Positions 57,769 to 64,000 of a stretch of DNA of 64,000 nucleotides are shown here, piece after piece. The position numbers and the translations under genes are program-made. The notes beneath the pieces are model-generated. The model saw nothing but the letters and a program-made list of their open reading frames with translations, had not been told where the DNA came from and ran no database searches. This DNA comes from an uncultured Candidatus Saccharibacteria bacterium (lineage in GTDB: Bacteria > Patescibacteriota > Minisyncoccia > Phycocordibacterales > DATDWN01). The stretch spans positions 888 through 64,887 of the forward strand of contig CAZPGQ010000003.1 of NCBI GenBank assembly GCA_964586695.1, written 5' to 3'. Each line of letters begins with the position of its first letter. The first letter of the stretch is position 1.

Positions 57769-58110
57769 TTATTCTAACATATAAGAACCTGAAAGTAATG
57801 CTTCTATTTCTTTCTCCAAAATACTGAATTTTACAGGAATTGATCCCTTCTTATAAACAAAAAAGAGAAAGTACCCGGATTTTATATTACTTAAAAATTT
57901 TGATACTACTGAGTACCCAATTCTTCTGTATCTATTTCTATCAACAGCTTTTGGACAAACCTTCTTTGAAACAGAAAAAGCCACTCTTGATGGGCTGTTT
58001 TCTGGCATTTTATCCAAATAAAGCAGTAGTTTTGAAGAATTAAACCTTATTCCGTGAGATAGTATATGTGTGAAATTATCTCTCGGTATTCTTCTGTTTT
58101 TTGGAAGCAT
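57769..58110 (-). CDS. rnpA: Ribonuclease P protein component
   Basis: MLPKNRRI, AFSVSKK, AVDRNRYRR. Confidence 0.92.
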   Translation of the reverse strand: MLPKNRRIPRDNFTHILSHGIRFNSSKLLLYLDKMPENSPSRVAFSVSKKVCPKAVDRNRYRRIGYSVVSKFLSNIKSGYFLFFVYKKGSIPVKFSILEKEIEALLSGSYMLE

Positions 58111-58117
58111 TTTAGAT

Positions 58118-58261
58118 TTACTTACCAACAGTTGTTATAGCCTTTCGTCCTTTTCTTCGTCTCCTAAGTAATGTATTCTGGCCTGTTTTTGTTCTACTTC
58201 GAACTAGGAAGCCGTGGGCTTTTGCTCTTTTTCTTTTTTTAGGTTGATATGTTTTTGACAT
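58118..58261 (-). CDS. rpmH: 50S ribosomal protein L34
   Basis: Manual translation [47 protein letters not shown] (47 aa, below the track cutoff). Confidence 0.95.
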   Translation of the reverse strand: MSKTYQPKKRKRAKAHGFLVRSRTKTGQNTLLRRRRKGRKAITTVGK

Positions 58262-58374
58262 GTTTTTGGTTTATGGTGAACAAATATCAGATATGTCTCT
58301 GTACACATATTATTAACATATCTATAGCTTTTTAACAAGTACTATCTTTTTTCCTTTTCTATATAATATGTTCC

Positions 58375-59715
58375 ATGATGGATAACAAAAAACTTTGGGA
58401 TAGTGTTTTGGTAGAGATGGAGTTAACTTTATCTAAACCAAATTTCAATACTTGGTTTAAAGATACATCCATAATCAAACAAGAAGACGGTGCAGTTTAT
58501 CTTGGAGTCCCAAATACATTTGTTCAAGACTGGCTTGGTAGTAAATTTCACAACCAAATATTAAAAGCCTTAAGAAATATTTCTAGCACAATACAGTCTC
58601 TTCACTATATTATTTCAAAAGAGGAAATGAAGGATAGACCTTCCCAAGAAAAGATCCCTCAACAAACAAGAGAGCTCCCGATAGCAGATACCTTTATAAA
58701 CAAAGAAGACAACCTGAACCCTAGATATACTTTTGAGTCTTTTGTTGTTGGCCCATTTAACGAATTCGCCCACGCTGCCAGCCAAGCAATTATTAAAAAA
58801 CCTGGAATTGTATATAACCCTTTGTTTATATATGGAGGCACAGGTCACGGAAAAACACATCTTATGCAGGCGGTGGGGAACCACCTGAAAAATTCTAGTA
58901 ACAAAAAGGTGTTTTATACTACGTCAGAAAAATTCTCTCAAGAATACGTTAATGCTCTACAGTTAAACAAACCTAATTTCTTTAAAGAAAAATATAGAAA
59001 GTATGATGTTCTTATTATGGACGATATTCAGTTTTTCTCTGGCAAAATGCAACTTCAGGAACAGCTTTTTCATCTTTTTAACCATTTATATGAGAACAAC
59101 AAGCAGATTGTATTTTCATCAGATAAGCACCCTGGCTTAATCCAAGATCTAGAAGATAGACTAAAGAGTCGTTTTAGTGCTGGTATGATTGTTGATATAC
59201 CAACACCAGACAACGAGTCGAGAGCTGCCATAATACGAACAAAATCAGCTTCAAGTAAGTACCCTTTATCAAAAGAGGTTATAGATTACCTTGCTTACTC
59301 TATAACAGGGAATATTCGAGAGCTTGAGGGAATTATAAATTCTGTTACTTGTCAGTCTGATTTAAAGGAAAGGGAACTATCATTGGTAGAAGTAAAGAAT
59401 TTTGTAAAAAACAACACAAAACCGAAAAAACTAGTATCAACAAAGGAGGTTGTTAAAGCTGTTGCTGAGTTCTATAACATAGAAGAACAATTAGTATACG
59501 ATAAAACTAGAAAAAAGGAGGTTATTAAACCTAGACAGGTGATTATGTTTATTTTAAGGGAAGATTTTAATATATCTTATCCAGCCATAGGAGAAAAACT
59601 GGGTGGTAGAGACCATACAACAGTGATGCACTCTTGCGAGAAGATAAAGAATGACATGAAAGCAGATGAGAATTTGGTTCAAGAAATCACTCAATTGCGG
59701 TCTATCTTTGTGTAA
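58375..59715 (+). CDS. dnaA: Chromosomal replication initiator DnaA
   Basis: LNPRYTF, YNPLFIYGGTGHGKTHL, DDIQF, RELEG, GGRDHTTVMH. Confidence 0.98.
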   Translation: MMDNKKLWDSVLVEMELTLSKPNFNTWFKDTSIIKQEDGAVYLGVPNTFVQDWLGSKFHNQILKALRNISSTIQSLHYIISKEEMKDRPSQEKIPQQTRELPIADTFINKEDNLNPRYTFESFVVGPFNEFAHAASQAIIKKPGIVYNPLFIYGGTGHGKTHLMQAVGNHLKNSSNKKVFYTTSEKFSQEYVNALQLNKPNFFKEKYRKYDVLIMDDIQFFSGKMQLQEQLFHLFNHLYENNKQIVFSSDKHPGLIQDLEDRLKSRFSAGMIVDIPTPDNESRAAIIRTKSASSKYPLSKEVIDYLAYSITGNIRELEGIINSVTCQSDLKERELSLVEVKNFVKNNTKPKKLVSTKEVVKAVAEFYNIEEQLVYDKTRKKEVIKPRQVIMFILREDFNISYPAIGEKLGGRDHTTVMHSCEKIKNDMKADENLVQEITQLRSIFV

Positions 59716-59943
59716 AAAACTGTGTATAGTGTGTAGATAAGCTATTTAAAATCCTGTGTAATCGTGTTAATTAGATTTAATAACTTTGTAAAAGTTAGAG
59801 TTTTCCACACTTTTACCACAGTTATCCACATGTATATTTGTCATAATATGGCTATATATATAGATTTTATAGAGTAATCCAGTTATATACAGGACTAGTA
59901 GTAGTAGATTTCTTAAATAAATAAAAAGACTAAAATTAATACT
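59716..59943. other. oriC: oriC
   Basis: dnaA-dnaN intergenic region with TTTTCCACA, TTATCCACA (59822), TTATATACA (59883), then CTA-GTA-GTA-GTA and an AT-rich tract. Confidence 0.85.
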
Positions 59944-61044
59944 ATGAATATAGAGTGTATAAAAGATAAGCTTTCATATGCGGTAGCAAAGGCAGAAAGG
60001 ATTACAGCAAAGAACATAACCTTACCAGTTCTGAGTTGTATACTACTTGAAGCAAAAGACTCTACTTTGACTATTAGATCAACAAACTTAGATCTTGGTT
60101 TAGAAATAACTGTACCTGTTAAAGTAAACAAACCTGGAAAAATAGCTGTCTCAGGTTCAATCTTGTATAGCTTTATATCAAACATAACCAATGATAAAAA
60201 CGTAACATTGGAGGCAATAGACGGAAACTTAAAAGTTTATACAAAACATTCAGAATCTATTATAAAAGCATTTCCTGTAGATGATTTTCCTAACATACCA
60301 AAGGTTATAAATGAAAAATCTTTTACTTTTAATGTCCCAAACTTAATAAAAGGTTTTAAATCTGTTATGTATAGTTCTTCAGTTTCTACTATACGGCCAG
60401 TTTTATCTAGTATTTTACTTGCATCTGAAGAGGATAGTGTTGTTTTTGTTGCTACAGACTCATTTAGATTGGCTGAAAAAAGAGTTGGAACAAAGAATCA
60501 TAAAGAATTTAATCAGATACTTATACCATTTAAGAATGTTGGAGAAATAATTAAGACATTAGAAGATATAAAAGAGGACGCTCAAGTTTATTTAAATGAA
60601 AATCAAATAGCTTTTCATTATAACGACATCTACATAACCTCTAGGGTTATAGATGGAACATTCCCCGACTATAAACAGATTATTCCAAAAGAGACAAAAA
60701 CAGAGGTTACTTTGTTAAAACAGGACTTTTTAAGTAGTCTTAGAATATCAAATATCTTTTCAGATAAATTTAGTCAGGTTACATTTTATATTTCACCAAA
60801 AGATAAAATTTTTAGAATTACTACAAAAAATATGGATGTAGGTGAAAACATAAACAACCTCGACGCTGTTATAAAAGGGGAGGAGTTAACAATTAGTTTT
60901 AACTACAAATACATTATTGATTGTTTTCAGTCTATAGAATCTGACTCTGTTACTCTGATGTTATCTGATATGAGTAGAGCAATGGTTATTAAAGGGACTA
61001 ACGATAAGTCGTTTTTGTATTTAGTAATGCCAATGAATAAATAG
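59944..61044 (+). CDS. dnaN: DNA polymerase III beta clamp
   Basis: LPVLS, TNLD, ATDSFRLAE, GTFPDY, YLVMPM. Confidence 0.97.
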   Translation: MNIECIKDKLSYAVAKAERITAKNITLPVLSCILLEAKDSTLTIRSTNLDLGLEITVPVKVNKPGKIAVSGSILYSFISNITNDKNVTLEAIDGNLKVYTKHSESIIKAFPVDDFPNIPKVINEKSFTFNVPNLIKGFKSVMYSSSVSTIRPVLSSILLASEEDSVVFVATDSFRLAEKRVGTKNHKEFNQILIPFKNVGEIIKTLEDIKEDAQVYLNENQIAFHYNDIYITSRVIDGTFPDYKQIIPKETKTEVTLLKQDFLSSLRISNIFSDKFSQVTFYISPKDKIFRITTKNMDVGENINNLDAVIKGEELTISFNYKYIIDCFQSIESDSVTLMLSDMSRAMVIKGTNDKSFLYLVMPMNK

Positions 61045-61046
61045 TG

Positions 61047-61298
61047 ATGTTCAATATTGAGCAATATCTAAAAAGATTCTCCAGAAACCTATTCTCTATA
61101 GAGGAAAATAAAGTAAAAATACTAGAAATAGTTAGAAATTATACAAAGTTGAATTTAAATATTTCAGATTTAGAGTTAAAAAACTATATTGTTTTTGTAA
61201 GAACAAATGCGGTAGGTAAGAATCAAATTTTTTTAAACAAAACAAAGATTCTTGAAGAAATTAGTAAACAAAATATTAAAGTAGTTGATATAAAATAG
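61047..61298 (+). CDS. Small protein, possibly DciA/DUF721-like
   Basis: Follows dnaN; KNYIVFVRTNAVGKNQIFLNKTKILEEI resembles the DciA KH-like core (by eye only). Confidence 0.5.
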   Translation: MFNIEQYLKRFSRNLFSIEENKVKILEIVRNYTKLNLNISDLELKNYIVFVRTNAVGKNQIFLNKTKILEEISKQNIKVVDIK

Positions 61299-61301
61299 TT
61301 T

Positions 61302-63449
61302 TTATTGAAAACCATTTTCCGTAGCCCATTTCCTTACAGCATATTCCCATCTCTCGAATTGAGAATCCATACTAGGGAATATTGGTTGTCCTCCTCGAGG
61401 ATCATCCTTATTAACCCAATAAAGTATAGAATGAACACCTCCAGATAGAGATTCTTGCGGTGTGTTATTTGGGTCAAAAACGGTTCCTACTGGTATATTA
61501 GAGACTCCACCTTGCCATTTTCCTCTTAATACTGGCTTTAAGTCAAAAGAAGACTCTTTTTGGGGCTTTGTAAAAGTGTTTCCAGGATCAGTTTTAAGTA
61601 CTTCATCCATGAAAGCTCTCCACATAGGAGCAACTATAAGGCCAGAAACCTTTTTTGCCATTGGTGTGTTGTCGTTATTTCCTGCCCAGGTTCCAACAAC
61701 GATGTCTGGAGTGTAACCAACAATCCAAGCATCCTTATAGTTGTTTGTTGTACCAGTTTTTACTGCAACATCACGACCAGGGAAGTAGATAGAAGAATTT
61801 GTTCCATATAGAGGCGCTCTTGCGATGTTGTCATTTAATATATCTGATATTTTTCTAGCAACTTCTGGTTCCAAAACCTGTTTTGGTCGAGGAGTTATTT
61901 CTTCTAATATTTTTCCATTCTTATCTTGAACTTTTAAGATTGCTGTATAAGGATTTCTCATTCCTTCTGTTGCAAAGACTCCGTAGGCGGAAGTCATATC
62001 AAGTAAAGAAACTTCGCCGCCCCCAAGAACAAGTGTCAGTCCATACTGGTTTTGATCTCCCAGGTTTGTGATACCCATACTTTCAGCTAGGTTTATTGAG
62101 TCTTTTATTCCAGCAAGGTAGAGTGTTTTTACAGAGGGAACGTTTATAGACTGAGCAAGTGAATCTCTAAGTGTCATTGGTCCTCTAAATTTATCATCAT
62201 AGTTTCCGGGAGAGTAACATCCATCTGTGCTTGTAAAATTATCAACAGCACACTTTGTAGAAAATTGTGTTGGAACATCAAACAAGACAGTGTCCGGTGT
62301 GTAGCCCTTTTTAAAAGCTTCTGCATAAACAAACGGCTTGAATGTTGAACCAGGCTGTCTTCTTGCTGTTGTTACGTTAAATTGGCCATCTATTTTTGTA
62401 TCAAAATAATCTCTTGATCCAACCATTGTTAAAATACCTCCAGTTTTTGGGTCTATCGCAACAAAAGCATCATTCGATCCATTGAAACTTTTCTCGTTTA
62501 TTTCTGCGTATTGTCTTGCTATTGCTTCAGCTTTTACCTGAAGTTCATAGTTTAATGTAGTAGTAACTTTTAAACCTCCTTGTTCTATAACATCAGCGCC
62601 ATATTTTTTCTCTAAATAATCTTTAATAAACATAACAAAATGGGGGGCTCGTATACTAGAATTTGATTGTGGTAGAAACTCTACCTTTTCATTGATTGCA
62701 ATATCGTGCTCCTCCTGAGTTATTTTTTTGTCTTTAAGCATTTCCTTTAGAACCAGATTCTTCCTTTTATCAAGAAGATCTCTGTTTTTTCCATAAGGAG
62801 ACAGTCTCGACGGTGCTTGTGGGAGGGAAGCTAGATAGGCTGCCTGTGCAAGTGATACAGAACTAGATGTTGTAGCAAAAAAAGTTTGACTGGCTTCCTC
62901 AACACCATATATGGTTCCCCCGTAGGGATTTTCGTTCAAATACATACTCAAAATCTGATCTTTGCTTATTACATTTTCTAGTTTTAGAGACAATGCAATT
63001 TCTTTAATTTTTCTTGTAACAGTCTTGTCTCCGACTAGAAGTGAATTTTTAACAACTTGCTGTGTTATTGTTGAGCCACCCTGTGAATACTCTCGATTAA
63101 TAAAATTCACAATTACAGCTCTAATAAAAGAGGTTGGTTTGAATCCACTATGTGTGTAAAAGTCTTTATCCTCTATAGATATGGTGGCGTCTTTAATATA
63201 CTGACTAATGCTTTCAAGTGAAACGACCGTTCTTTTTGCTTTATTATGAACATCGTACAGAAGTATTTTTCCTGTATTATCATAAATTTTTGTTGATTGG
63301 CTAACTTTTCTTTGTTCGATTGTGTCCAAAGAAGGGATTTGGAAAGTTGAAACCCAGATAAGGAGTATTCCACAAACAATAACTCCACATGAAAAGGCAA
63401 AAACGAGCAAATTTCTCAGTTTATGTTTTGTAAAAAGACTTTTTTTCAT
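61302..63449 (-). CDS. Class A penicillin-binding protein (PBP1A family)
   Basis: EDKDFY, GGSTITQQ, RKIKE; transpeptidase STFK, SIN, KTGT. Start reassigned to MKKSLF. Confidence 0.95.
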   Translation of the reverse strand: MKKSLFTKHKLRNLLVFAFSCGVIVCGILLIWVSTFQIPSLDTIEQRKVSQSTKIYDNTGKILLYDVHNKAKRTVVSLESISQYIKDATISIEDKDFYTHSGFKPTSFIRAVIVNFINREYSQGGSTITQQVVKNSLLVGDKTVTRKIKEIALSLKLENVISKDQILSMYLNENPYGGTIYGVEEASQTFFATTSSSVSLAQAAYLASLPQAPSRLSPYGKNRDLLDKRKNLVLKEMLKDKKITQEEHDIAINEKVEFLPQSNSSIRAPHFVMFIKDYLEKKYGADVIEQGGLKVTTTLNYELQVKAEAIARQYAEINEKSFNGSNDAFVAIDPKTGGILTMVGSRDYFDTKIDGQFNVTTARRQPGSTFKPFVYAEAFKKGYTPDTVLFDVPTQFSTKCAVDNFTSTDGCYSPGNYDDKFRGPMTLRDSLAQSINVPSVKTLYLAGIKDSINLAESMGITNLGDQNQYGLTLVLGGGEVSLLDMTSAYGVFATEGMRNPYTAILKVQDKNGKILEEITPRPKQVLEPEVARKISDILNDNIARAPLYGTNSSIYFPGRDVAVKTGTTNNYKDAWIVGYTPDIVVGTWAGNNDNTPMAKKVSGLIVAPMWRAFMDEVLKTDPGNTFTKPQKESSFDLKPVLRGKWQGGVSNIPVGTVFDPNNTPQESLSGGVHSILYWVNKDDPRGGQPIFPSMDSQFERWEYAVRKWATENGFQ

Positions 63450-63486
63450 ATCTCGTATTTTATCATATTTATGGTAAAGTAATAAT

Positions 63487-64000
63487 ATGTTTAGCTTCAA
63501 AAACGAAAAAATAAATACTGACTTGGAAAAAATAGAAGATATTCTTACTAGGGGGGTAGAGGATGTTTTTGTTGTAGAGAGTTTAAAAAAAAGACTTTTG
63601 TCTGGCAAACAACAAAGGGTGAAGCTTGGTTTTGATCCAACAGGATCAAAAATTCACATAGGTAGAGCAGTTATTCTAAGAAAGCTAAAAGCCTTTCAAG
63701 ACCTGGGGCATAAAGTTGTTTTTATTGTGGGGGATTTTACTGCCGAGATTGGAGACCCATCTGATAAGTTAGAAAAAAGACCAATGCTAGACAGAAGTAA
63801 AATTCTGGAAAATCTAAAGGATTATAAAAATCAGGTTGGAAAAATAATTGATATTTCAAAAGCTGAATTTTGTTTTAACAGTAAATGGTTGTCAAAACTA
63901 GGTTTTCACGAGATTGGGCAATTAGCCGAAAGCTTTTCTGTTCAGCAGATGTCTAATAGAAGGAATTTTAAAGACAGGTTAGAAAAAGGGGAGGAAGTTT
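63487..64000 (+). CDS. tyrS: Tyrosyl-tRNA synthetase, truncated by the window edge
   Basis: Manual translation: LTRGVE, KLGFDPTGSKIHIGR, FQDLGH, GDFTAEIGDPS, NSKWL. Confidence 0.93.
   Translation, partial: MFSFKNEKINTDLEKIEDILTRGVEDVFVVESLKKRLLSGKQQRVKLGFDPTGSKIHIGRAVILRKLKAFQDLGHKVVFIVGDFTAEIGDPSDKLEKRPMLDRSKILENLKDYKNQVGKIIDISKAEFCFNSKWLSKLGFHEIGQLAESFSVQQMSNRRNFKDRLEKGEEV

Noticed and set aside
63450-63608. N-terminal extension of the PBP in the ORF track
   Set aside because: It overlaps tyrS on the opposite strand; MKKSLF at 63449 follows a -10 box and precedes the TM anchor.
1-64000. CRISPR array or cas genes
   Set aside because: No regularly spaced direct repeats with unique spacers and no Cas motifs were seen.
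1-64000. Alternative genetic code (UGA=Gly, as in Gracilibacteria/Absconditabacteria)
   Set aside because: Conserved genes are full length under code 11 with no internal TGA.

Overview
AT-rich, gene-dense bacterial chromosome segment read in the standard code. It includes the replication origin region (yidC-rnpA-rpmH / dnaA-oriC-dnaN). Gene content and style point to a Patescibacteria (CPR), probably Parcubacteria, genome; this is inference from the trigger factor lacking its PPIase domain, mostly leaderless genes, TrmB regulator and origin-linked T4SS. The window holds housekeeping genes, competence and type IV pilus genes, four tRNAs and an origin-proximal PrgI/VirB4/VirB6/pilin type IV secretion-like operon. 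The most unusual signals are non-coding or unannotated: (i) short structured elements behind tRNA-Gly(TCC) and tRNA-Arg(TCG), each carrying an exact antisense copy of its own tRNA's T-arm and a sense echo of the tRNA 3' end; (ii) a dispersed family of ~120-bp imperfect palindromes, two of which flank a probable ncRNA; (iii) a parS plus DnaA-box cluster about 29 kb from oriC; (iv) several small GC-richer cassettes with their own terminator and often their own promoter, including an unannotated zinc-finger micro-ORF and an orphan sRNA. All calls are by-eye motif recognition; no database searches were run.
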